From Piromyces finnis finn (lineage: Eukaryota; Fungi; Neocallimastigomycota): a DNA stretch of 64,000 nt. The translations under genes were made by a program, and so were the position numbers. The notes beneath the pieces were generated by a model, which searched no databases, was not told the DNA's origin, and saw only the letters and a list, made by a program, of their open reading frames with translations. Of the stretch, positions 1-11,800 are shown piece by piece. The number at the start of each line of letters is the position of its first letter. Within the stretch, counting starts at the first letter, position 1. The stretch lies in NCBI GenBank assembly GCA_002104945.1, contig MCFH01000055.1, positions 186,001 to 250,000 of the forward strand, in the 5' to 3' direction.

Positions 1-2
1 AA

Positions 3-3000
3 ACCACTGAAGACTTTGAACCAGAAGTTGGATATCAAGATTTGTTTACAGTTGATTACAATACATTATTTGACAATAACAATGATGAATGTAATAATAA
101 ATCATGCAATTACGTATCTTGTGAAAATGTACCTACAAGTTTTACTACATGGACTTTAGATTCTGGTGCTTCTAATCATATTACCAAAGATATAGGAATT
201 CTCAAAAATGTTTTTGAACATGTAGAACCAATCAATTATGCAAATGGAGCGACTACAAAGTCAACACATATGGGTGAAGTAAATGGATCTATTAATGAAG
301 AACCAATAAAATTAGAAGATGTAATGTACATCCCAGATGTAAAACGAAATTTAATTTCTGTTGCCAAGTTAGTTAAAAGTGGCTACCAAATAATCTTTGA
401 TGAGAAGAACAATAATGTATTTGCATATATAAAAGATAAGAAAACAGATAATGTATACGAAGTTAAAGCAAATGAATATGATGTATTCAATTTGTACATC
501 AAAGAAGGTAATGTAGTTAATAATTACTCAATGTGCGATAATGTACGAAACAATGGTGAATACTGGCATAGAAGAATAGGGCATCTGAATTTCAACAATA
601 ATGATGAAAAGAACAATATTCACAATTGTACAATATGCATGAGAAGCAAAATGAAAGAAATCCCTCATAAAAGGTCAGATAGTAGAGCATCAAGTGTTTT
701 GGAACTAGTACACATCGATTTGGTAGGTCCAATCACACCATCAATTCATGACAACGTATACTTTTTAAGTATCTTAGATGATTACAGTCGATATGGATGG
801 GTAATATTTGTCAAGAATAAAAGTGATGTTTTCAAAGAATTTGGAAATTGGCTGAATAAAACTACTAATGAATTATCATCCAAAGTAAAATATCTTAGAA
901 GCGATAATGGAACTGAATTCACTTCTAATAACTTCAAGGAGTTATGTAACGAATATGGAATAACTCAACAATTCACCGTCCCTGGAAATCCGGAGCAGAA
1001 TGGAAGAGCAGAAAGATTCAATGGAAAGTTAATAAAAACTGCTACTGCAATGTTAATGGACGCAAGGTTATGTCGTCGCTTTTGGGAAGATGCTGTGAAA
1101 ACAGCGAACTATGTTCATAATCGAGTTCCGCACAGTGGAATTAATGGTGAAATACCATTTGAATTAATGTACAACAGAAAAGTTGATTATAAAAATTTAA
1201 GAGTATTTGGATGTAAAGTGTATTATTTAGATGACAGTAACATTCCAAAATTTCAAGACAAAACTAAGGAGGGAATCTTTATCGGATATGATGAATCTTC
1301 AGTAGGATACAGAATATTCGACATAAAATCAAGGAAAATTAAAGTGAAAAGAGTCGTAGGTTTTTTAGAAGAAGAACCTGGTGACTACAATTATAATTTA
1401 GAAAAAGAAAATAATAATGAAACATATAGTCAAGATACAGAAACTTTTCAAGTAAGGAACTTTAATTATATGTATGATAAAGAAAATGAAAACAATAACA
1501 ATAAAGACAAAAAAGAAAAGGACATTTCAAATGAAAATGATAAATTAATGAATGAAAACCTAGAAACACTCAATGATAAAACTAGTAATAAAGAAGACTT
1601 AAAAGAAGTAAATTATGAAGAAAAATTTAGAAATATAGAAGAAAAGCTGGATAAGCTCACGTCACTATTAAATAAAGAAAAAAATAATAGTTCTGAAAGT
1701 TTTATGCAAGTCTGCGAGGACACTAATGATAGTAATATGAGTATAGAAGACTCAGAAGAAGAAGACTTAAATCTCTTAGACTATATTAAACTAAAAGAAA
1801 AGAAAAAAGAACGTTTGAACAAAAATAATTACCAGAAAATTGAAGGAATGGAAGAAAATAAAGAAATTAAAATAAGTACTTCAATGGAATCTGTAAGTGA
1901 AACCAATAAAGAAAAAGAAAACAATAATGACATTTCAGGAAGTAACGACGGCAATATAAATAACTTTACCTTGGAAGAAAATAATTTAAAATATAATAAT
2001 TTAAAATATAATAGTGCTGACGAAACTGAAATTTGTGAAATTAAAGAAGTGAATATAAAGAGAAATGACGACAAGAAAAATAAAAATATAAACAGTAAAG
2101 ACAATTCAAATATATCAAAGGATAATAAAAGGAATAATAAATACCTGAATGCAAAAGGAAATGTTTATTTTATAGAAGAAAATTCAGACATTGTAAATAA
2201 AAATGAATTAATTGAAGAAGTATTAAAAATACCATCAGAAATGGAGATAAATGATTTAACTGGAGAAATTGACAATAATGATTTTTTAAATATCCTGAGT
2301 CCTGACATTGATTTAGGAACAAGAAAGAAAATTGATTTTGAAAATATTGAGAGTGTCAAAAATAATATAAATAAAAATAATAGAAAAGAAATAGAAAATA
2401 ATTATTCAAATGTAAAAGTAAATTATAAGAATGAAGAATATTATAAGAAAAATTACATACCTATTAATGAGAATGAAATAAGAAGAAATTTGAATAAAGA
2501 AAATATCAATATTCCTGAAGAAAAGTCCAAATTTAAAAATATTTCTGATGAAAAAGAAAGTAATTTAAATAATCAAAATAAAAAGGAATATAATTTGAGA
2601 AATTTAAAAAATAAAAATGAAATTAAAGATCCAATCAATAAAGATAAATCTAAGAAAAAATTTTTTGATAAGAAAAAGTTATTATCAAAACAAAATTTTT
2701 TGAATAAGAGAAATCTAAATAGAAAATTAAAATCCAATAAAAATTTTAAATTAAATGAAAATCATCCACCAAAGGAAGAAAAATTCCCAAGAAAGCGGAA
2801 ACTTGTTCCAAGTGAAGATGTCATAGAAGAAAAATTTAGTAAGCCACATGAACATGAACCAGAAAAGAAGAAAATTAAGGAAGTGGCGCTAACTATAGCA
2901 CAAATCAAGGAGCCAAATTCCTATAATGATATATTTAAAAGAAAAGATAAGGATAAGTGGATAAAAGCAATAGAAGCCGAATTGCTAAATATGAAAGAAA

Positions 3001-4427
3001 GAAAAGTGTTCAAAAGAATAGATGAAGTTCCAGAAGACGCCAATATTATTGATTCAAGATGGGTATTTAAGATAAAAAGGAATAGCACTGGTGAGATAGA
3101 AAAATACAAAGCTAGACTTGTAGCCAGAGGTTTTACACAAGAATATGGAGAAGACTACAATGAGACCTTTTCTCCTACTCTAAAACAAGACTCATTAAGA
3201 ATCCTAATAGGAATAGCTGCAATTAATAACTATAAAATCCATCAATTAGATGTTAAGGCCGCATATTTGTATGCAGATTTAAAGGAAGATATATATATGA
3301 AAGCACCTGAAGGAGATAAAATGTATAAAAAAGGATTATGGAAATTAAATAAAGCATTATATGGCTTAAAACAAGCAGCAAGAGAATGGAATAACAACAT
3401 CAGCAATACTCTCATTGAACTAGGATTTCAGAAATTAGTTAGCGAACCATGCATATTTATAAAGACCAAAAACAATAAATTAGTATGTTTAGTTGGAATA
3501 TATGTTGATGACATCCTAATAACTGGTAAAAAGGAAGAAATAGATAAAACTATTAAATTAATTAAAGAGAAATATGTTATCACGGATGTTGGTGATGCAA
3601 ATTTTATCATAGGAATCAAAGTAGAAACGTTAAAAGATGGGTATTTGTTACATCAAGAAAGGTATTTAAAGGATATATTACACAAATTTGGTTTAGAAAA
3701 CTGCAGAGGATCAAAGACAACTACACCAATCAAGAATGATGAACAACTCAATCAGCCTTTTGACCCTACTACTTATAGAGCTGCAATAGGAAGTCTTTTA
3801 TATTTAGCCATAGGTACTCGTCCAGATATCTTATTTTCAGTAACCAAAGCATCTAGGTTCTCACAAAATCCTACTATCCAAAATTGGAAGAATGTATTAC
3901 AAATATTCAAATATCTGAAAGAAAATCCTCATTATGGAATCCGTTTTGAAAGAAACTTAAATTTGAAGATTTTTGTAGATTCAGACTATGGGGGAGATGA
4001 AGAAACAAGAAAATCTACCACTGGATTTGTATTTTTATTGGGAAATGGACCAACAAGCTGGTACTCAAAACTGCAAAAATGTGTATCAACTTCAACCGCC
4101 GAAGCAGAATATTATGGACTTTGTGAATGCTCAAAGCAAGCTCTGTGGTATAGAAATATTTTTAGTGAATTAAAAATAAAGGAAGAATGCTTAAAAATCA
4201 ATATTGATAATCAAGCAACTATTTACAACGCAAATAATGAAACGATTAATCCAAAGTCAAAACATATTGATATTAAGTACCATAAAGTAAGAGAATTAAT
4301 TAAAGAAAATAAAATCAGTCTAGAATATATAAAATCAGAAGAAAATTTAGCAGATGGTTTTACTAAATACTTGAATAAAAATAAAATGAAAATATTTAGA
4401 GATAGTTTATTATATAAATACAAATAA
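3..4427 (+). CDS. Ty1/Copia Pol polyprotein (protease-integrase-RT-RNase H); 5' end lies outside the window
   Basis: The frame is open from position 3 to the stop at 4427. Motifs occur in Copia order: protease WTLDSGASNH; HRRIGH..C..C zinc finger; integrase core HIDLVGP / DDYSRY / RSDNGTEF / NGRAER; RT KARLVARGFTQ, QLDVKAAYL, YGLKQAAREW, YVDD; RNase H DSDYGGD, STAEAEY, KHIDIKYH, ADGFTK. No stops or frameshifts. Confidence 0.97.
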   Translation, partial: TTEDFEPEVGYQDLFTVDYNTLFDNNNDECNNKSCNYVSCENVPTSFTTWTLDSGASNHITKDIGILKNVFEHVEPINYANGATTKSTHMGEVNGSINEEPIKLEDVMYIPDVKRNLISVAKLVKSGYQIIFDEKNNNVFAYIKDKKTDNVYEVKANEYDVFNLYIKEGNVVNNYSMCDNVRNNGEYWHRRIGHLNFNNNDEKNNIHNCTICMRSKMKEIPHKRSDSRASSVLELVHIDLVGPITPSIHDNVYFLSILDDYSRYGWVIFVKNKSDVFKEFGNWLNKTTNELSSKVKYLRSDNGTEFTSNNFKELCNEYGITQQFTVPGNPEQNGRAERFNGKLIKTATAMLMDARLCRRFWEDAVKTANYVHNRVPHSGINGEIPFELMYNRKVDYKNLRVFGCKVYYLDDSNIPKFQDKTKEGIFIGYDESSVGYRIFDIKSRKIKVKRVVGFLEEEPGDYNYNLEKENNNETYSQDTETFQVRNFNYMYDKENENNNNKDKKEKDISNENDKLMNENLETLNDKTSNKEDLKEVNYEEKFRNIEEKLDKLTSLLNKEKNNSSESFMQVCEDTNDSNMSIEDSEEEDLNLLDYIKLKEKKKERLNKNNYQKIEGMEENKEIKISTSMESVSETNKEKENNNDISGSNDGNINNFTLEENNLKYNNLKYNSADETEICEIKEVNIKRNDDKKNKNINSKDNSNISKDNKRNNKYLNAKGNVYFIEENSDIVNKNELIEEVLKIPSEMEINDLTGEIDNNDFLNILSPDIDLGTRKKIDFENIESVKNNINKNNRKEIENNYSNVKVNYKNEEYYKKNYIPINENEIRRNLNKENINIPEEKSKFKNISDEKESNLNNQNKKEYNLRNLKNKNEIKDPINKDKSKKKFFDKKKLLSKQNFLNKRNLNRKLKSNKNFKLNENHPPKEEKFPRKRKLVPSEDVIEEKFSKPHEHEPEKKKIKEVALTIAQIKEPNSYNDIFKRKDKDKWIKAIEAELLNMKERKVFKRIDEVPEDANIIDSRWVFKIKRNSTGEIEKYKARLVARGFTQEYGEDYNETFSPTLKQDSLRILIGIAAINNYKIHQLDVKAAYLYADLKEDIYMKAPEGDKMYKKGLWKLNKALYGLKQAAREWNNNISNTLIELGFQKLVSEPCIFIKTKNNKLVCLVGIYVDDILITGKKEEIDKTIKLIKEKYVITDVGDANFIIGIKVETLKDGYLLHQERYLKDILHKFGLENCRGSKTTTPIKNDEQLNQPFDPTTYRAAIGSLLYLAIGTRPDILFSVTKASRFSQNPTIQNWKNVLQIFKYLKENPHYGIRFERNLNLKIFVDSDYGGDEETRKSTTGFVFLLGNGPTSWYSKLQKCVSTSTAEAEYYGLCECSKQALWYRNIFSELKIKEECLKINIDNQATIYNANNETINPKSKHIDIKYHKVRELIKENKISLEYIKSEENLADGFTKYLNKNKMKIFRDSLLYKYK

Positions 4428-4449
4428 TGAATTTATAACTTTGGGGGAG

Positions 4450-4538
4450 TGTGAAAATAAAATACATTACAAAATAATATTTTATGTATTTTTTATGTAT
4501 TTGTATTTTATAAAATTATAAATTAATATTGTACTACA
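4450..4538 (+). repeat. Putative 3' LTR, TG...CA, about 89 bp (minimum extent)
   Basis: It starts TG right after the PPT and ends ...CTACA. It matches 17208-17295 with 5 substitutions and 1 indel. The 3' boundary is uncertain because both copies run into T-tracts. Confidence 0.75.
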
Positions 4539-7500
4539 TTTTTATTCTTGGGTTATTTTTTAATAAAAAGATTTTAAGAAAGTTACAATATTTATATTAT
4601 AAAATAAATATAAATAAATAAAAGATTATAAAAACCCAAATAGTTTTATAAATAAATTTAAGTGTAAACTAAATTTATCTGACAAAAAAGATAAAAATGT
4701 ATACAATAAATTTATTATTAAATATCTATCTATTTTTTGTGGTTAGGTTAATGAATGGTGATAAAAGAAAGAAAAAAAAATATATAAATATGATTTTGAA
4801 TTTTTATATATACTTTTTATTTTATTATAATTAATAATCAATGAATATTGTTTATTTAATTTTAAAATAAAGAAAGATCAAGTCAAGTTTATTTTTTAGT
4901 AAAAAAGATAATAATAATTTTTAAATATAATAATAAACATTTTTTATATTGCTTTGTTTTTGTTAATATTAATTAAAGCATCAATTTAAATATAATTTTT
5001 ATTTAATATTAAAAAAAAAAAAATAGAATTTGAGTGCTAATATCTAATATTAATAATTGTTAAAGTAATTATAAGATAAAGTATTTTCTTAATAAATATA
5101 CTTATTTATAGTAACAATAATAAATAAATATTATAAAGTATTATTATGATATTACATTTTATTGTAAAATTTCTTAACCTTTTAACTTATTTAATTTATG
5201 ATTTTGATGAAACACACGTGTTTTAATCAATGATACGAGTTATTTTTATGTAGAAAGAACTTTACTTTATTACGTTTCAATACTTCTATTTTGTCTAAAT
5301 ATATGTTTGTCCTGTCGTAATTAACTATTAAAATCTAACTAAAACAAGAAGCTTTGTTTAATAATAATATTCTCTAGTCTATTTATATTAATAAGGCCTA
5401 CTTAATAATTAGTTGTCCAATTAAGGCTGGAACAATATATTTATATTACATTGTTATATATTATACATCGTACATCGTAGAAAATAATTTATATTTATGA
5501 TTTATATTTATAAAAATTAAAAATTATTTTTTTATACAAATATCTTTGCTTTTTTTTAATTCTCAATATCCTTAGATATTGTACTATTTAATTCTTTGTT
5601 AGCAAGTTCCCTATTTTAAATATATGACAAATATTTATAATTTATATATAGTAATATTAAAAAAAAACACCAATATTTAAACTGGAAATAAAATTATTTT
5701 ATGTTTTAGCTAAAAAAAACTATGACTAATAAATTAATGAGTATCAAAAAAAAAAAGTTTTCTTTCTATCAAAAATATATTATAGCATTAACTGGATAAA
5801 AAAGAAAATAAATAAAGGATATTAATGATTAATAATGCTTAGAATGATTTAAAAAAAGTATTTTTTTATTTTAGGTTATTTTGACATAATTACTATTTCT
5901 ATATTTTATTGAGTAGCGAATACAACATCTGCTTATTGTAGTACTGGTGTTTCTTTTATTCTTATGTACTTTTTTTTTTTTAATTTAACCATTCATATTT
6001 AAAATGTCTATTCATTTATTAGTCATAATTTGATGATGAAAAATTAAATTAAAACTTTAAAAATTTAATATAAATAAAAAAAATTTTTTTTTTCTTAAAA
6101 TTGATAATTATAAACTAAATTATAATAAAATCTTATGGTTGTGGTTATTTTGATTAGGAACATTTAACTATGAACAAAGTATTGATTACCATTGTTTTGA
6201 TAAACTTAATAATAATACTTTAAGGATTATATAAACTATGTTTTGTATACAAAGGGAGAAATACTATTTATTACAAAATTTTATTGTTTTTTTTTTTTAA
6301 TGTTAAAGTTGTGATACAAATATTAGTATCAACATTACAAATGATAAAAAGGCGAATTGTTATTAAAAAATATGAGACAAAATATTTATAAGATAAGCAT
6401 ATTTTAATTTTACTTTATAAATGTGGGATAATCATCTAATGTCTTTACCTATCCAAATAATCTAAATATAGTATAATATTATATATTATATTATAATATT
6501 TAGTAAAATGAATACTAAAGAAGTTTGTACAAATGAAAGATTGTAATTACATTTTTTGTCTTCAATTGTAATGTATTTAATATTCCATGAACATTCCCCA
6601 CTTTTTTTTATTCTAGTAAAAAGGTTGTTCTACATTATTGTAATATATAATTTCATTGTCATTTTATATTGGTGTTGTTGTAGATATCATATCATTATGA
6701 CTTTTTTTGGTAGGTACACAAATATTCATAAAAATACATAAAAATATGATATATTGTTATGACTTCGGAATCATTTTTTTTTATTTCTTTAAATGGCAAC
6801 TAGCGTCATCTAATTTTTAATTTTAATTTAAAAGCCAATTTATAATTTTCTCCTGCCTGCTAATTACTTAATGATCATATTTTTATTAATTTTTTTTAAA
6901 CTTTTTTTTTTGACCCTCTTTTTTTATATTAAATTAAATTTAATATAATATTGGCTATTTTTAATTAAATAATATTCCATTACCCCTTTAATTTTGCAAA
7001 TCTTTTAATTTTAGTCATTTTAATTTATTTGTATAAATTAAATAATAATGGTTAGATTATAATTTTATTGAGATAGATTTTTCAGGGTGATTTCTAAAAA
7101 CGGAAATTTTTTGTAATTAATCTTCTTTTATTAATTAATATATAATTAATATTTTTTATCATCCCAATTTTTAATAATTAATAACCTTATTTATATTGAA
7201 GATTTACAATATATAAAGTTTATTTATAAGTGAATAAATAATATAAAAATGGTTGAAGAATAAATTCAATGCTATAGAGTAATCTTAATAGTAACTAATA
7301 CTTATTAAATAATTAATATTATTATATATTAGTTTATATTATTAATAAATCACATTATTTTTTCTTATTATTATGAATATATCATCATTGCTTTTTTAAA
7401 AAACATATGAAATTATTTTTTTTTGAAATGAAAATATTTTCATGGTTTATATATTTATAAGAATTTTTATTTTATCTATACAATATTATCATTATTTTAA

Positions 7501-7752
7501 AAAACTATAATTTTTTTTATATGCTTTATATTGCTTTATATTGTAGATACGTTTTGGTTTATTTCAAATTTTATATTAATAAATTTTGTTTATTAATCTA
7601 GAATATTTAGAATGTTCTATCAATAAAGCAAACATAAAAATAGAAAATATTTTTATTAATTAATAAGATTAAAAAAATTATATATCTAAAATTTCCCAAT
7701 CATACTTTATTAAAAATGTTCTATCAGTTTAGTATTGTTTTTATCTATATAA

Positions 7753-7992
<240 letters not shown>

Positions 7993-8282
7993 TCTATTTA
8001 GGAATGTTATTTAGTATTATTAATAAGCATAATAGTTAAGTAATAAAAATCAAAAAATTAACATTATGGTAATGACAATATGAAAAAAACTGTAATTTAC
8101 AACAATTTATGAAGATATAAACTATTTTAAATTAAAATATTGCTTTTATTTCTTAAATAAATGAAAAATTCAAATATATTTTGGTGTTATAAAAAAAAGT
8201 TAACTTATTAAAATCTATATATTAAAATATAAACTAAAAAGTTTTTATTTAAATTCTATATGATACTTATATACTTATTATT

Positions 8283-8819
8283 CCTGGTTGTTAAGGCGTT
8301 TCCTTAGCATACATAAGGCTTCTGGTTCGACCCCGCAGATGTCAGTGCCTGTGGATTTTCCCACTGGGTTTGCCATGGGTTGGGTTATGATATTCAGGTA
8401 AGTATAAATGAACTTTCTAATTTACTACTATGATAATAACACTCGTCTAGCCGGCCTGAGAGGGTCTAGTGTACATGGTACATTCCAAATTAGAACTTAA
8501 TAAGTGGTGACTTAGGCTATGCCAAAAACACATAATATTCCTTAATCAATTTAAGTGTAAACATTAGGGGGCGGTTGACACGTGATCAAATTGACTATAA
8601 GAGGCTTAGCATTGTAGTTGTGAAATATCGTACAACGACATGCATCTAATGTACATGGATTAAGTGAGCGTCGAAGCTGAAGAAACAGTATGACAGACCA
8701 GGAGGGTCACAACCACCTAGCAATAGGAATGAGCCAACGTTTCTCTAAGAACCACCATTGGAGCTAACTCTGATCGATGGGAGAAATGCACTCGGAAGTT
8801 AAAAAAAAAAAAAAAAAAA
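8283..8819 (+). mobile_element. tRNA-headed SINE-like non-autonomous retroelement (537 bp)
   Basis: Perfect 15-bp TSD TATATACTTATTATT at 8268-8282 and 8820-8834, and an A19 tail at 8801-8819. There is a B-box GGTTCGACCCC at 8324-8334 and a D-loop/A-box-like TGGTTGTTAAGGCG at the 5' end. The body is GC-richer than its flanks, has no long ORF on its own strand and no T-run longer than 4. Confidence 0.85.
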
Positions 8820-11800
8820 TATATACTTATTATTAACTCTATTTCTAGTACAAAGATATAGACTATTAAACTATTTTTTAATTTATAATAATAATAAAAT
8901 GTATACAAACCCTCCATATTAGCCCATATATTAATGTATACAGGAATAACTTTTTATTTCATATTAAAACTATTTTTGGATAAAAAATGTTAAAAGAATT
9001 TAATATTTAATGTCAACCACGCCAATATAAATAATAAAGTTTGAATAAAAAATTATTGTAATTTAATTTATATTATTTTATATTTTATAAAAAATATTAA
9101 TATATGATAAATATATTACAATATACCATGATAATATATTTATAATAAATTTATATCAATATGAATATATTAATATATAGATTTTCTTTATATATACATT
9201 TTTTACTTTTTTTATTAAATTATTTAATATGATAATTATGATAATATTGTGGTAATAAATCATTGTTCTCTTTTTTTTTTTATTTTATATACTAATGTAT
9301 ATTAATGAGAATGAAAGTTTAATTGTTATCTGATTTATATACATCCGCTTTTCATAATATTTATAAATGTATTTTATATTATGCAATGAAATTTAAATTG
9401 ATGTGTTATAGAAAATCATGTATACTGCTGCTTTTGTATTAATTTTTATTAACATAAATAATATTAATAATGTCATTGTAATAAACTATTCAGTTTAATA
9501 TTTATAAAAATAAGTATAAATTTTCGGATAATTTTTTTATAAAATAAATTATTATTTACAAATCATATTGAATATTTTTTCCATTAATCATAACAATAAT
9601 TAAATATATATAATAATATTACTATTTTATTTTGTATTTCTCTAAACTTGTTAAAAATTAGTATTCCTAATTTTATAATATTAATAAAAATTTTTATTCT
9701 ATTCTAAAACATAGAATAATAACAAAATATTATTTTTATATGTTTTATATAATGAATTGGTAAATTTACCAAATTGCAATTATGCATTTCATTGTACAAT
9801 TACAATTACATTGTCCCATAAAATTAATATTTATTTTTTTATTTCCTTATTTCCTTTTTTCCTAATAAATAGATTTTGACAAATTATTAAATTAAATTAA
9901 TTTAAGAATTAATTTATTATGGAGTTTTTTTACCAATGTTTCGATGGCCAAAAACTTTATTAATAATTTCATCATAAAAAAGATAAATTATTAATACATT
10001 TTATGTATAGAAACTAATATGTATATTTAAATACAACCAATATGTAACATTGATATTAAAATATGATTAAAAATTAACAATAAGTATCATTTAAAAAGTA
10101 TTTATGTCATATAAAATTTTTATAATAATATAAAAATATATGTTACATTATTATTCAATTGTACATGATCATTTTATGGAAAAAAAAAAGAGGTATCTTA
10201 AATATAATAATAGATTATTAATATACCATAAAAAAAATTTTTTTTTACAAAATTTGGTTTAAAATAGTTTTAAATAAATTAATTTGTAATTATTAATTAA
10301 TTGAAAAGGTAAATCTCTTCATATAATTAATATGATATTTAATTAATATACTTATATATTATTTTTATGCTTTTATCTAATGATTAAATGATAAAAATTT
10401 TTTTCAATAACTAATAAATAAATAATTAATTAATAAATATCATATATAATTATGGAATTATTATTTTTAATTTAAAAACTATTAAAATAATAATATTAAT
10501 ATACATCATAATCATATTATATATTAAAATATATATAAATAAAAGAAAATCACTTTATTTTTTCTGTATTTTTTATTATAACAATTATGAACAGTAATAT
10601 TTAAAATCAACCATCTTAACATTATGATGAGTAATTCTATTATTTAAACAATTTTATTTTAAAGGTTATTCTTTCTATTCTTTATTTATATTTATTAATA
10701 ATTTCATATATTTGCATTAATTAAACCTATTTTAATTTCTAAAAATTTATTAGTAAATATTAAAATTTTTATTATCGACAAAAAAAGAAGCTTACTATAA
10801 CTATTATGAATAGTTTAAATTTATATTATAAATATATATTATTGTCATTAAAAAATATAAATTCTTTTTACTATAATATAAATATAATTTTAAAACTATT
10901 TTTATATCCACTTTTTGTATTTATGTTTATTTTTAAATTAAATTATCTTCCATATAAATGAAAAGAAAAAGTCAAAATAAAAAAATTTTTCTAGACTTTA
11001 ACCCAAAAAAAATATTCTTACTCCTTAAAATATAAAAACTTTCCGTTGAATGCTGATCATGAAATGAATAAAAATATTAAACTTTGAACCCTTGAAATTC
11101 AATTTTCCTTTGCGATTTTAATAGATTAAATGGATAGCCATTTTTTAAATATATATAGATATATAGAAAAAAAGAAAATTTCTTAAAAAATAAGTGGGTA
11201 ATGTGATTAACTATATTATTATAATAATTATTCTTTTTTAATATAAATTATTATTATTTTCTAAATGATAAAACTTAATGCTTAATTATAATTACTGCTT
11301 TATTAATAACTAACATTGGAATAAATTTCTTTTTTTTTTTTTCCTTTTCAGTATTTATATAGTATAGAAAGTTTATAAGCGTTTAGATAGAATATAAAAG
11401 AGTTTTATTACTTTTGCACATAACATTGAAAAACAAAAAGTATCTAAATGAATAATTTGTTTTATTTTCAATATATTTTCAATATATTCTAATTTATTTA
11501 TTTAACAATATATTATAGGTTGAAATTTTATTAGTATTATTTATCATTTTATATTTAATAAAATTTTTATAATAGCATTAATTAGAGTATAGCATCAATT
11601 TTTATTTTATAATAAATAAACTTTATTTAATAATTAAGAAATATAAAAGTTATTTTTATGTTTTTTATTTTTTAAAGTTAATCATTAGATATTCAGAACA
11701 TCAATTTATTTATATAAATTAAATTCGTACTTTATTTATTATAAAAAAATAAAGTTTTTAAACTTTATTTTCAAGAAATATTATTTATTTCATTTTCATA

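Larger units (their letters stand above)
1..4538 (+). mobile_element. Ty1/Copia LTR retrotransposon (3' portion, including PPT and 3' LTR)
   Basis: The pol ORF is followed by a polypurine tract GGGGGAG (4443-4449) directly abutting TGTGA..., the start of a sequence repeated at 17208. Confidence 0.93.

Noticed and set aside
1829-4423. Short antisense or alternative-frame ORFs inside the Copia pol (1829-2104, 2165-2359, 2921-3109, 3428-3619, 3988-4173, 4223-4423)
   Set aside because: Shadow ORFs of A-rich coding sequence; hydrophobic F/L/I/S bias and no motifs.
8283-8345. Functional tRNA gene
   Set aside because: No complete acceptor stem or cloverleaf; it is the head of a TSD-flanked, poly(A)-tailed insertion.
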